This document shows positions 27,334 through 41,772 of a stretch of DNA of 64,000 bases, one piece after another. The translations under genes and the position numbers were made by a program. The stretch is from Eledone cirrhosa. Lineage: Eukaryota. Location of the stretch: NCBI GenBank assembly GCA_964016885.1, contig OZ024740.1:124868001-124932000 (forward strand). The letters run 5' to 3'. The notes under the pieces are model-generated. The model had not been told where the DNA came from. It made no database searches and saw nothing but the letters and a program-made list of their open reading frames with translations. Position 1 is the stretch's first letter, and each line of letters starts with the position of its first letter.

Positions 27334-28053
27334 AGATGAGAATATAGGAACATAATTTATGTATTAAGTTATTCAAAGGGCGTTGAGTAGTAGAAATGAT
27401 AGTATCAGAGAAAGGCTTTTGCGCCAATCAGTTATATAAATTTATGATCTGTGTTCAAATCATGCTGATCCCAATTTAGTTTTCACCAATCTTTTGCTGA
27501 ATATATAACTATCAGATAAGTACTGTGGTTATTAAATTATTTCCATTACCTCCCTATAAATATGTGGCCATTTATTATTTTATCTCACCTATAATGTTAT
27601 TGTTAATATCAAGTTACCATTCACAGATCTTGAGTGGGATATTAGCCCCAAGTAATAAGCTAATAGAATTTACCTCAAACAAACACTCTTCATAGTGCTT
27701 ACAGCTTTTAGTTGTACATTAATATGGTAACTATTTTCTATGGTTTAAATAGAGGAGTGTATGGCAGCAGTGCTCAGATGTTTTGCAGATCTTCTGAGAT
27801 TTGTGGTAGAAAAAAAGAAGGCCATGGTTCATGAGTTACTGTAGTAGAGAGCAGCACATGCAGATGTGGAGCTATTCTTAGATTGTAGATATGACCCCAA
27901 ACCTTGTAACTAAGTAGACTCTGCTAAAGGCCAGGCAGCAGTGTTAACCCTCTTGGTACCAAGCTACCTGAAACTGTTTATTATAATGTGTTTGTGTTTA
28001 TCTAAAATCTTTCCATTATAATTTTATGTAGGTGGAAATGTGTATAATTTTAA

Positions 28054-28243
28054 GGGCGGTGGATTGGCAGTATCAGTAGAGAGTCTGACGCCATGCTTTC
28101 CAGCATAGTTACGTCCCTTTATGGTCTGAGTTCAAATCCCGCTGAGGTTAACTTTGCCTTTCATCCTTACGGGGTCGATAAAATAAAGTACCAGTAATGT
28201 ACTGGTATATTGCTGGCCTTGTGCCAAAAGTAGAAACAATTAT
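28054..28243 (+). mobile_element. tRNA-derived SINE, full length
   Basis: Same family as 26043-26242, with B-box GAGTTCAAATCC. Confidence 0.8.
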
Positions 28244-29979
28244 AATTTTATGTAAAACCTTTTAGGTTATGCACTAAACACACACTTGATGATAAGTCAA
28301 TTATACTGCTAAATCCATTTTAATTTTTGATTACTTTCAAAATTATTTAAGAATTATTGATACATTTTCATTAAAATATGATACAATAAGGTTTAAACTG
28401 ACCAATGGATTAAGTGTACCATAAAGATAAAACAGTTACAGTCAATTCAACAAACATCCACAAACTTACTATCTATCCAACTTTACTCACAAGATTTAAT
28501 TTGAATCTTAGGTAATGAGCAGAAGAAGACAATTGCAAATGTATGTATTGTATCCTCTAACTCCTGATTGAGTTGTAGGGGTTGTGTATTGACATACAGC
28601 GTTTCTTGTGCATTTTACTCCTGGCAGAGCCCATCCCTCTCCAGGCCCGAGTACAGCAGATTTCTTCCAGAGAAAGATAGCAAGTGAAAGAGAGAAAATG
28701 AGAAAGAGATATAGAGGAAGAATCGATTCCAATACTAGGCTGTACTTTTTTTAATTGACTTCGAAAGGAGGAAAGGCAAAGTTGACCACTGTGGGATTTG
28801 AACTCTGAGAACAGACAGCCGGAATGAATACCAATAAAGTATTCTAACTGTCATTCTAATGACTCTGCCAATTTGCCTCTTACAATTACAAATACAATTA
28901 GCCAAAATGGAGTTCCTCTGAAGAGTCTTTGGAGTGCATAGCTCACCAATCAGAGAGTCACTCCAGGTAGAACTGTTACTTCTCTGAATTGAGAAATCAC
29001 AATTCTGATATTATGGGTATGTGGTTACAATGTCTCAAGAAAGAATCACTGGAGAGATTTTATGGGCAAAACCAACTGACATGAGACCCAGGAGTAGAAT
29101 CCAAGCAAGATAATTGGTCATCATCCATGAGCTTGGATGGTTTCACTTCAGGATTTAGCCAGTTCAATAGGAGGTGGCTGCCTCTGACAGGACTCACTGG
29201 ACGGTGTGTTTGAGGACTCTTTCCCCATAACTCTCCCAGGTATAAGTGTGAGAAGAAGAAAAAGAAGAAGAAGGTATAGTTTGATACATGCCAAGATGTT
29301 ACATAGTGGGATTGAAACTTAAGCCACATGATTGTGAAGCAAACTTCTTAACCATATATCAATTCCTACTGAATCTAAAGACTAAAGGAACTTAAGGTCA
29401 AGTATTGATATTAAACCAAATGAAGTAGGAGGTCTACATATGTCTATTTACGTGAACTGAGCCATTGAGAATTAGAATTCTTTGCCAGTGAATCAGTTTA
29501 GCTCCAGTGGTGAAGCATGAACCAATAACTACATTGTCAGCAGCACAGCATCTTAACAATTTAGTCATCTGTGACTCTCAGACAAAAAATACCATACCTA
29601 AACTGAATAACAAACAGATTCTAAACCATGTGACACCAAAGTTAGAAATCACAAAGTTGGAAGAAAATGTATTGATTTTGTTTTTACTTTGCAAGTCTAA
29701 TCTGTCAAAGGAACCATTAAATTATTCAAACTTTTCGGTAAGTTCAGCTTCCAATTTATGCTAATTCTTGTCTAATGCCCCAGAAATAGCTTTGGCAGTC
29801 AGGTTGTGATTGGCTCTCATCTTGCTAAAGATAATAGGAATAAATAACAAAACATAACAACAGATCGGATGTGTGTACACATACACTCACTTACACATGA
29901 TTGCACGCTAACACACATAAACTATTATACATACACAAGTATAAAATCTATACATATGTGAACATATTTCACTCACATA

Positions 29980-30047
<68 letters not shown>

Positions 30048-31134
30048 ATGTGTGCATGTAGAGAGGGGGGTATAATAAATACAATAAACGAAAGCAATCA
30101 GACATGTAATCATACAAAAACAGACGTGGTTTGAATTATAAATACACACGTAAAGGTACATTTCACACTTCATGGGAAAGACATTATGTATTTTCAAGCT
30201 CATCGTAATATTATAATTCCAATAAGACATGAAAGATATATTGAGATTATCACAAAACTTAGTTTTTTCAAGTCATTTTTACCCACACATATTTGCACAC
30301 ATTTAACATCAAACATACTGATCTTTGCTTTACCAGCTGGTTGCAAGTATAGAGTAGCTTTTATGTAGGAGCAATTGTTTCCACAGATGAATACCAAGTC
30401 TACTGCTATGTAATCAACCCTAAAACAAGAATTCAACTCAGAAATATAGGATCAGTAGTGTAGTATCTCAATCCCATTAACACTTTTGATATCAATCAAC
30501 TTAAAACCACTTCTGATTCTAAGATACAAAGCTATTTGTTGTAAAATATTACATTTATCTAAAAACCATCTATCATAATTTATGTAAGAGCTTTTGTTAG
30601 GTTATATTCTCCAAACCAGATGAATAATTGTTTTACCTTTTGGCACAATGTCAGCAATTTGATGAGATGGGGAATATCAATTAAATCGGCCGAAGTGCTT
30701 AGCTGGTACTTTAATTTACTGATCTTGATAGTATGAAGGAAAAGCTAATCTTGGCAGGATTTGAACTCAGAATATAATGGGTCATAACTATTTGCCACAA
30801 TGCATGAAGTCTGATGCTAAACCAGATAAATAATGGAAGTTAGTTATTTCACTAAATCCCTGCAAATTCTTGATTTGTTTTCAAAATTATTTGAAAATTC
30901 TATGCAGTGCTTTATTTTAAATTAAATATACGACAAGGTTAAATATCATTGCTGTGAACACATACACAAACACACATACATATATGTATATTTGTTATAC
31001 ATAAGGTAAATAGGATTATATATAAAAATTTAATATCTTCTTTAATCAGCTTTTCAATTGACTATACACATGATCAGATTGAAAAGAAATATCAAGAAAC
31101 TATATAAAGAAATATATATATTTATAATAATAAT

Positions 31135-31556
31135 AATAATTGTCTCTATTTTAGGCACAAGCCCAGCAATTTGAAGAGGAGGGGAAAGTCAATTAAATTG
31201 ACTCCAGTGCATGACTGTTACTTTATTTTATCAATCCTGTAATGATGAAAGGCAAAGCTAACCTCAGCAGGATTTGAACTCAGAACGTAAAGGGTTGGAA
31301 CTTTATGCCACAAAGCATGGTGTCTGACGCTCTGCTGATACTGCCAATCCACCACTTTATATAATAATTGTTTCTATTTTTGGCACAAGGCCAGCTATTA
31401 CTCCAGTGTATTACTGGTACTTTATGTTATCGACCACATAAGGATGAAAGGCAAAGTTAACCTCGGCAGGATTTGGACTCAGGATGGCAAGGGCTGTAAC
31501 TCAATGTATCAAATCATGGCGTCCGACCCTCTACCGATACTGCCATTCCACCACCC
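31135..31556 (-). mobile_element. Two tandem tRNA-derived SINE copies
   Basis: Reverse complements of the 28054 family. Confidence 0.78.
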
Positions 31557-31584
31557 TATCAACCACTTTATATAATAATAATAA

Positions 31585-33130
31585 CGTTAGATAGTTTCTG
31601 GTGAGACTGTCTTTCACCATTGCTGTTTGTATTTTGTATGGTTCCACTTTCTTTTGGTGTTGAGAAGATCAAAGAGTGGTTACGAGTGGAGAGGACACAA
31701 GTTTAAGATAAAGCAGCTGCTGTTCATGGGTGACATAAACTTTATGTGAAATCCTATCAACATACTGATTCCTTTGTACAGACAGTTCATACATTCAGTA
31801 TGTGCATAGGAATAGAATTTGGCATAAAAATGTGTGGGGTACTACGAATGAAGCAAGGAAAAATTGATAAGATGGAAGGAATTTTATTACCAGACAGATA
31901 AGTAATGAAAAAAATTGCCGGCAACAGGTATAAGTAGTTAGGCATCCTGGAAACAAACCAAATGAAAGAGAAGGAAATGAAATAACTATTATCAAAGGAA
32001 TATAAATGGAGATCGAAGTGGGTGTTAAAGTCAAATTTAAGTGGTAGGAATAAGATACTGGCTACCAACACATGGGCTGTTGCAACTCTAACATATAGCA
32101 CTGGTGTGATAGAGTGGAAATGTGATGGACTTAAGGAGCTTGATAGAAAGATTGGGAAAATGATGATGCTAAAAGGGGCCAGGTTCTATCTATCACAACA
32201 GAGATGTTTTATTAGCTGTGAAATGTGTGTGAAATCAGAGGATGATAATCTAGCATGGTATGTAAAGAATTCAAAGGAGAGATTGTTGGCAGGAGTAAGA
32301 AAGATAAAGGTCCTAAACAGTGATGAAGCAAAGGAAAATGAAGTATTTAAACAAGACAGACAGAATGACACATTGAATAGATGGAACGAAAATAAAATGT
32401 ATGGTCAATTCTTACATGAAATGCCTGAGACAGTTGACAGAGTTAGGAACTGGGAATGAACTAGGAAAAGTGACTTAAAAGTTGAAACTGAGGCCCTTAT
32501 TTTTGCAGCCCAGGAAAAGGCACTGGGAACAAACTATATCAAGTTTAATATTTACAAATCAATGAATTCCCCAGTTAGTTGAGTGTATGGTTAGAAAGGT
32601 GAAACAATAAACCACATTATTAGTAAATGTGAGATATTGCACAGAAAGAGTACATGAGAAGGCACGACAACATTGCCAGATTGGTTCATTAGAAGCTCTG
32701 ACATAAGACTGATATGAGCAGAAGTGAGAAATGGTATGAACACCTACCAGAAAGGGTGGCTGAAAATAAGCAGTATAAGATCTTGTGGGGCATGACTATC
32801 CAGTGCGACCATTTTGTCATGGATAGAATGCCTAACATTGTTGTTGTTGTACAAAAGAAGAATAACAAGACATGTATTGTGGATATGACTTCACCATGGG
32901 AGCACAGGGTAAAAGTGAAAAAATTGGGAAATACCAGGAGCTGAAGAGGGAAATCAGGAAACTAAGGAGAATCAGAAATGTAGAAGTGGTAGCGATTGTG
33001 GTTGGTGCACTGGGAGCAGTTAGTAGAAGGTTGGATGCATGACTTCAGAAGCTAGTAATTACTATCAGCATGGGATTGTGGCGGATAACAGCCTTGCTAG
33101 GAATTCTAAGAAGATTGTTGGAAAGTTGAA
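31585..33130 (+). mobile_element. Decayed R4/Dong-type LINE (RT C-terminus, CCHC region, restriction-like endonuclease)
   Basis: LLFMGDIKLY-like RT motif, KSNLSGRNKILATNTWAV, ETEALIFAAQE, RHDNIARLVH, KILWG..PNIVVV..IVDMTSPW, IVVGALG. Confidence 0.85.
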
Positions 33131-33483
33131 GGAGAAGGAAAACCCAAAAGACATTTGATTCAGGGTCACACTTTTGGTATTGCCAGAGCAAAAGCATTGC
33201 AATTAATAATGATAGCCTCATTTGCATACCGGACTGTTTTACAGCCAGCTTTGGTGAAAAAAAAAAAAATGTTAACAGTGGTGGATACCTAAATTGTACA
33301 CATGTTTTTACATAGTACATCCCTTTACGATCTGGTACTTTGAATTTACGACCCGAGGTTAATTATTGCCTTTCATCCTTATACGGGGTTGATAAAATAA
33401 AGTACCAGCAATGTACTGGGTAATTGCTGTCCTTGTGCCAAAAGTAGAAGCAATTATTATAATATTATTATTCACCTTAACAA

Positions 33484-33683
33484 NNNNNNNNNNNNNNNNN
33501 NNNNNNNNNNNNNNNNNNNNNNNNNNNNNNNNNNNNNNNNNNNNNNNNNNNNNNNNNNNNNNNNNNNNNNNNNNNNNNNNNNNNNNNNNNNNNNNNNNNN
33601 NNNNNNNNNNNNNNNNNNNNNNNNNNNNNNNNNNNNNNNNNNNNNNNNNNNNNNNNNNNNNNNNNNNNNNNNNNNNNNNNNNN
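33484..33683. other. Assembly gap (N run)
   Basis: 200 N bases. Confidence 0.99.
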
Positions 33684-33810
33684 TACGCGCTCATGTGTAT
33701 ACATTTTCATACTCAACTTATCTTTATATATACACACGTATAGACACACACATATATACATACATACTCTAGTCCATGTGTACACACATACGCATACATT
33801 CATTTTTTCC

Positions 33811-33866
<56 letters not shown>

Positions 33867-33867
33867 G

Positions 33868-34027
<160 letters not shown>

Positions 34028-34028
34028 C

Positions 34029-34084
<56 letters not shown>

Positions 34085-34345
34085 GGAAAAAATGAAACCA
34101 AATTTCATTTCCCACTCTTAGTACGGCTGTTACTTAAATATAACTATGTACACGTACATAGATATATGTATACAGACGTACAGTAGTATGTATATATATA
34201 TACATACATGCACACATATATATATGTACGTATGGATTCACCGAACATTTATTATAATGCTCGGTGTGTTTGTAAACAAACATCCCGTATTAAGCCGTAA
34301 TGTCCAGCAACCATCGTTGCTCGTTTGTTCAACACTGACAAAGGA

Positions 34346-34388
34346 ACGCTGTACTAGTTTCAAGCTTATTAGCTATCGTCAGCAACGT
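34346..34388 (-). ncRNA. Minimal type I hammerhead ribozyme
   Basis: Reverse complement of ACGTTG CTGACGA TAGCTAATAAGCTT GAAA CTAGT A CAGCGT. Confidence 0.88.
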
Positions 34389-34766
34389 ATACCTTCTTGC
34401 CAGATTGTTGAACGTATATACTTACCTTATGCATATTAACGGCTGAGCAGCCCAATTTGCATATCGAGTGGGTTAATCGGCCGGGTGCACCGAAAACGAT
34501 AAACGGAAAAAATGAAATCAAATTTCATTTCCCACTCTTAGTACGGCTGTTACTTAAATATAAGTATGTACACGTACATACATATATGTATACAGACGTA
34601 CAGTAGTATGTATATATATATACATACATGTGTGCATACATATATATACATACATGCGTTTTCGGTGCACCCGGCCGATTAACCCACTCGATATGCAAAT
34701 TGGGCTGCTCAGCCGTTAATATGCATAAGGTAAGTATATACGTTCAACAATCTGGCAGGAAGGTAT

Positions 34767-34809
34767 ACGTTGCTGACGATAGCTAATAAGCTTGAAACTA
34801 GTACAGCGT
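34767..34809 (+). ncRNA. Minimal type I hammerhead ribozyme
   Basis: Intact CTGACGA/GAAA core, stems I-III, GTA site. Confidence 0.88.
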
Positions 34810-35188
34810 TCCTTTGTCAGTGTTGAACAAACGAGCAACGATTGTTGCTGGACACTACGGCTTAATACGGGATGTTTGTTTACAAACACACCGAGCATTA
34901 TAATAGATGTTCGGTGAATCCATACGTACATATATATATGTGTGCATGTATGTATATATATATATACATACTACTGTACGTCTGTATACATATATGTATG
35001 TACGTGTACATACTTATATTTAAGTAACAGCCGTACTAAGAGTGGGAAATGAAATTTGGTTTCATTTTTTCCGTTTATCGTTTTCGGTGCACCCGGCCGA
35101 TTAACCCACTCGATATACAAATTGCGCTGCTCAGCCGTTAATATGCATAAGGTAAGTATATACGTTCAACAATCTGGCAAGAAGGTAT

Positions 35189-35231
35189 ACGTTGCTGACA
35201 ATAGCTAATAAGCTTGAAACTAGTACAGCGT
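35189..35231 (+). ncRNA. Hammerhead with G8>A core mutation (CTGACAA), probably inactive
   Basis: Same fold, but the substitution breaks the C3-G8 pair. Confidence 0.75.
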
Positions 35232-35608
35232 TCCTTTGTCAGTGTTGAACAAACGAGCAATGATGGTTGCTGGACACTACGGCTTAATACGGGATGTTTG
35301 TTTACAAACACACCGAGCATTATAATAAATGTTCGGTGAATCCATACGTACATATATATATGTGTGCATGTATGTATATATATATACATACTACTGTACG
35401 TCTGTATACATATATGTATGTACGTGTACATAGTTATATTTAAGTAACAGCCGTACTAAGAGTGGGAAATGAAATTTGGTTTCATTTTTTCCGTTTATCG
35501 TTTTCGGTGCACGCGGCCGATTAACCCACTCGATATGCAAATTGGGCTGCTCAGCCGTTAATATGCATAAGGTAAGTATATACGTTCAACAATCTGGCAA
35601 GAAGGTAT

Positions 35609-35651
35609 ACATTGCTGACGATAGCTAATAAGCTTGAAACTAGTACAGCGT
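35609..35651 (+). ncRNA. Minimal type I hammerhead ribozyme (one stem I mismatch)
   Basis: ACATTG CTGACGA..GAAA CTAGT A CAGCGT. Confidence 0.82.
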
Positions 35652-36028
35652 TCCTTTGTCAGTGTTGAACAAACGAGCAACGATGGTTGCTGGTCACTAC
35701 GGCTTAATACGGGATGTTTGTTTACAAACACACCGAGCATTATAATAAATGTTCGGTGAATCCATACGTACATATATATATGTGTGCATGTATGTATATA
35801 TATATACATACTACTGTACGTCTGTATACATATATGTATGTACGTGTACATACTTATATTTAAGTAACAGCCGTACTAAGAGTGGGAAATGAAATTTGGT
35901 TTCATTTTTTCCGTTTATCGTTTTCGGTGCACCCGGCCGATTAACCCACTCGATATGCAAATTGGGCTGCTCAGCCGTTAATATGCATAAGTTAAGTATA
36001 TACGTTCAACAATCTGGCAAGAAGGTAT

Positions 36029-36071
36029 ACGTTGCTGACGATAGCTAATAAGCTTGAAACTAGTACAGCGT
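36029..36071 (+). ncRNA. Minimal type I hammerhead ribozyme
   Basis: Intact core and stems. Confidence 0.88.
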
Positions 36072-36310
36072 TCCTTTGTCAGTGTTGAACAAACGAGCAA
36101 CGATGGTTGCTGGACACTACGGCTTAATACGTGATGTTTGTTTACAAACACACCGAGCATTATAATAAATGTTCGGTGAATCCATACGTACATATATATA
36201 TGTGGGCATGTATGTATATATATATACATACTACTGTACGTCTGTATACATATATGTATGTACGTGTACATACTTGTATATATATATATACATATACATA
36301 TATATACACA

Positions 36311-36346
<36 letters not shown>

Positions 36347-36394
36347 CATATATATATGTATATAAGTATATATATACATATATGTATGTATATA

Positions 36395-36616
36395 AGTGAA
36401 GGCGTGTGGCTGAATGATTAGAGAATTGGATTAATAATCTTGAGGTTGTGAGTTCGATTCCTGGACCGGGCGATGCGTTATGTCCTTAAGCAAGACACTT
36501 TATTTCACGCTGCACCTTCTACCTGGAGTTGCGACCGATAGATAGTACTAGCAACTGGAAAGACCAACGGAAACATTGTTTCCTCGGTCCGATTTGACGA
36601 AAGTTGATCGATCCTG
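36395..36616 (+). mobile_element. tRNA-derived SINE with structured 3' tail (copy 1 of 4)
   Basis: A-box-like TGGCTGAATGATT, B-box GAGTTCGATTCC and CCTTAAGCAAGACACTTTA. Confidence 0.8.
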
Positions 36617-36624
36617 TTTATATG

Positions 36625-36679
<55 letters not shown>

Positions 36680-36680
36680 G

Positions 36681-36733
<53 letters not shown>

Positions 36734-36884
36734 GTATATATGTATATAGATATATGTATATATATGTATATGTATATATATATATATGTATATATATATG
36801 TATATATATATATATGTGTATACTCTTTTAATCTTTTACCTGTTTCAGCCATCCGGCTGAGGCCATGCTGGGGCACCGCCCTTG

Positions 36885-38320
36885 TTGCTACACATTTTAT
36901 CTCCAGCCTGTATAGGTTGGCCACTGGTGTAGGAGGGAGTTTGTTGCTCCTGCCCTTAGGTTTCCCTAGTGTCTTGCTGTGGGCTCATCCGGGATCCTGG
37001 ATAACAAGGTGTCGAGATATTTCTTAAAGACATCCACCTCCACGTCATTCAAGTCTCGCAGATGCCTCGGCAGCCTGTTGAAGAGTTGAGGGCCCTTGAA
37101 TCCCAGGCTATTGCAATACCTGCTCCTTATTCTAGATGTGGAAGACGGGACCTTTGGCACCACACAGTGACGTCCTGTTCGACGGTTGGTCCAGCTCCCA
37201 ATGCCAAAGTTTGGTGCTAGTCCCTCCAGGATTTTCCACATGTAGATCACTGCGTATCTCTCCCGTCTTCGCTCCAAGGAGTAGAGGTTCAGTTCATTCA
37301 GCCTCTCCCAGTAGCTTGTCTCCCTCATCTTGGCAATCCTCTTGGTGTAGCTTCGCTGGATTGCCTCAAGCTCTGTGGTTAGTTTGACACTATGGGGTGA
37401 CCACAGCTGGGAGCAGTAGTCCAGGCGGCTTAGGACAAAAGTCCTCCACAGTGTCAACATGGTGTCTCGATCTCTTGTAAGGAAAGTCCTCAAGATCCAG
37501 CCAGCGAATCGTCTACATGCTGTCGCCACCTTCATGATGTGTGAAGAAAAAGATGCATCATCGCTCATGTCTATGCCCAGGTCTCGTATCGATTTTGACA
37601 CGGGGATATCGGTCCCTCCTGGTCCTGTGTGGCTGTGTTCCGCTATATTTGTGTTTGTGTTTGCAGGTTTGTATTGTAGGGCTTGGAATTTGCCAGCATT
37701 AATCTGCATGTTGTTTTCTTCCGCCCATCTGTATATGGCATCCAGATCCTGCTGTAAGAGGGCAGCGTCAGCCGGGTTTTTGATTGCCTGTGCTACCTTA
37801 GTGTCATCAGCATAGCTAGTGAGGGATGTTGTTGCATGCACCACAGAGGGCATGTCCGAGAGAGCCACCAAAAACAGTAGTGGTCCCAGGACTGTCCCCT
37901 GAGGCACCCCACTTGTTATCGGTGTTTCCCTCGAGAGGGCCCCATTTGCTGCGACTGCCTGGCTTCTGTCCCTTAGGAAGCCATGCAGCCACTCACCCAC
38001 TTTTCCAGTTATGCCGAGTCCGTGTAGTTTGTGACATATCATTCCGTGGTCGACCTTGTCAAAGGCCTTCGCAAAGTCAAGATATATCACGTCTACATGT
38101 GAGCTGTCTAGCAGTTGTCTCAGTACCCAGTCGTAGTGATGTAGCAGCTGTGTAAGGCAGCTTCTTCCTGGGCGGAAGCCATGTTGCGTGCTAGTCAGGC
38201 GGTCATTTTCTTCGAGGAAAGTGATTAGTTTCTTTCTGACGACTCGCTCCATGACCTTACTGATATGCGACGTCAGGGAGACTGGCCTATAGTTCTTGGC
38301 CTCCGCTCTACTACCTCCTT
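36885..38320 (-). mobile_element. 5'-truncated CR1/Jockey-group LINE, RT frame open (36966-38320)
   Basis: [69 protein letters not shown]. The N-terminal YI repeats of the 725-aa ORF are microsatellite. Confidence 0.93.
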
Positions 38321-39393
<1,073 letters not shown>

Positions 39394-39394
39394 G

Positions 39395-39943
39395 TCAGGT
39401 CGTTGGCGACTAAACTGGCAACCCCACCAAGGTTTCTTGGTGAGGAGGGTGACTTTGGACATCCTGCAGGACTAAAAACAAAATCTGTCAAAGGGCAAGG
39501 GAGCTCTTAAGAGTCAATAGCCATCCAAAATCACTGGGAGAGATGACCCTTAGCCTTTGTCAAGGCAGAATTCTAGGAGAAGGAAAACTCTGATATAACA
39601 CCTGCAACCCTGATGGTATCCAATGATGTTGACTTGTTCTTCTTTTTGGTAAATATCATCTTGGTTAAGAGAGTGGGACTGGCTTTGTGCAGTGCCTTTG
39701 CACACTATAAAAGCTTTACGGCACAGGCATTGCTTTATATCTGGAGATCTCTCTGCACTTGTCATCACATGGTACCATGGGCCCTGCACTATGTGTCAAT
39801 AATGGTCACAAGTGTAGTCTTTGTGCCAGAGTTTTCAAGTCGCTGGCTGGACTAAAAAGTCACATTCGTTCAGCGTATCGGTAGGGGTTCTCCTACATGG
39901 ATATAAAGTAGTGGCCGTACTCGAAAACGAGTTGGCAGCCACC
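39395..39943 (+). mobile_element. Composite of LINE fragments (Dong-like 5' UTR plus a zinc-finger-encoding LINE 3' end)
   Basis: 39395-39530 matches 24485-24615. ~39795-39870 reads [21 protein letters not shown]. Confidence 0.45.
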
Positions 39944-39955
39944 ATATACGTATAT

Positions 39956-40057
<102 letters not shown>

Positions 40058-40087
40058 GTATATATATATATATATGTATATATATGT

Positions 40088-40121
<34 letters not shown>

Positions 40122-40186
40122 ATATAGATAGATAGATAGATATATAGATATATATATATATGTATATATATATGTATATATATATG

Positions 40187-40300
<114 letters not shown>

Positions 40301-40362
40301 TATACATATATATATATATACATATATATATAAGTGTATATATACATATATGTATGTATATA

Positions 40363-40583
40363 AGTGAAGGCGTGTGGCTGAATGATTAGAGAATTGGATT
40401 CACAATCTTGAGGTTGTGAGTTCGATTCCTGGACCGGGCGATGCGTTATGTCCTTAAGCAAGACACTTTATTTCACGTTGCTCCTTCTACCTGGAGTTGC
40501 GACCGATAGATTGTACTAGCAACTGGAAAGACCAACGGAAACATTGTTTCCTCGGTCCGATTTGACGAAAGTCGATCGATCCT
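40363..40583 (+). mobile_element. tRNA-derived SINE with structured tail (copy 2)
   Basis: Near-identical to 36395-36616. Confidence 0.8.
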
Positions 40584-40592
40584 TTATATATG

Positions 40593-40642
<50 letters not shown>

Positions 40643-40662
40643 TGTATATATATATACATATG

Positions 40663-40693
<31 letters not shown>

Positions 40694-40700
40694 ATATATG

Positions 40701-40751
<51 letters not shown>

Positions 40752-40756
40752 GTATA

Positions 40757-40797
<41 letters not shown>

Positions 40798-40900
40798 GTA
40801 AATATATATACATATATGTATATATATGTATATATATATAAAATATTAAACAAATAATGAATAAACAATGAAAACAGTTCCTTATATTAAACAAAAAAAG

Positions 40901-41054
40901 TTCATTATTTAACGATCGTTTCTAGGATATATATGTGTTAGAATTGGCATGCATATTCAACAGATCTATGTACAAAATTATACAAAATTATACAAACTAT
41001 CAAGATTAAATATACATACCAACACATATATACGCCGTCTTCAGAAATAATGAA
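40901..41054 (-). ncRNA. Type I hammerhead with greatly extended stem II
   Basis: Reverse complement of 49295-49448. Confidence 0.8.
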
Positions 41055-41710
41055 ATATATTTATTGATAATAACAACAATTCAAAATTTCAGGTCCGTTT
41101 GGGAACAAAATTGACCAATGAAAATACAAAAGGTTTAATGCAGTTCGGTGTGTGTATATACATGTAACTACCCTTACACATATTTTACAAAAATGTATGC
41201 ACAACTTGTATACGCATACGAAAAGGATGGATGCAAATACAAAATTTCAAGGTTAATGGCTCTGTAAGTTTATAATGCACAGATAAGATGCGTATAGACA
41301 CATAAATATGAAATAAGTGTATATACATATTTTCATACTCACTCATATCCGTACAATCACACATACACACGCGTATATGCATAAACATACACATAAACTA
41401 CGAACATACAAACACACACACACCCCCACTCACATATATATATGTGGATATAAAATCCTAAGCACATGGATATTAATTCACTCACATAAACATTGGCACA
41501 CACATTTAGATCAAGATACAGAAATTAGGTGGGAGGGGGGGAGAGGTCAGTATTCAACTGTTTGGGCAGACTGCTTAATATAGATGTATCTATAAACTAA
41601 GAAAATAAAAAAATAAAAAATAAAAAATAATAAATAATAAATAAACATTAAAAAGGAAAGAAAAGAAAAAGAAAAAGAAAAAAGAAGAAAGAAAAAAGAA
41701 ATATATCAAG

Positions 41711-41772
<62 letters not shown>

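Larger units (their letters stand above)
34081..36275. repeat. Tandem array of 420-bp hammerhead-containing units (retrozyme-like): ~1.3 units minus (34081-34630), ~3.85 units plus (34657-36275)
   Basis: HHR starts at 34767, 35189, 35609 and 36029 (periods 422, 420, 420). Units differ by only a few substitutions. Confidence 0.93.

Noticed and set aside
34081-36275. CRISPR-like array interpretation
   Set aside because: Whole units repeat with no unique spacers, there are no cas genes, and the context is eukaryotic.
34146-36379. Repeated ~97-aa ORF (..MLGVFVNKHPVLSR..) in each 420-bp unit
   Set aside because: It is antisense to the HHR, starts in TA-rich sequence, is not preserved in the diverged subfamily and has no recognisable domain.
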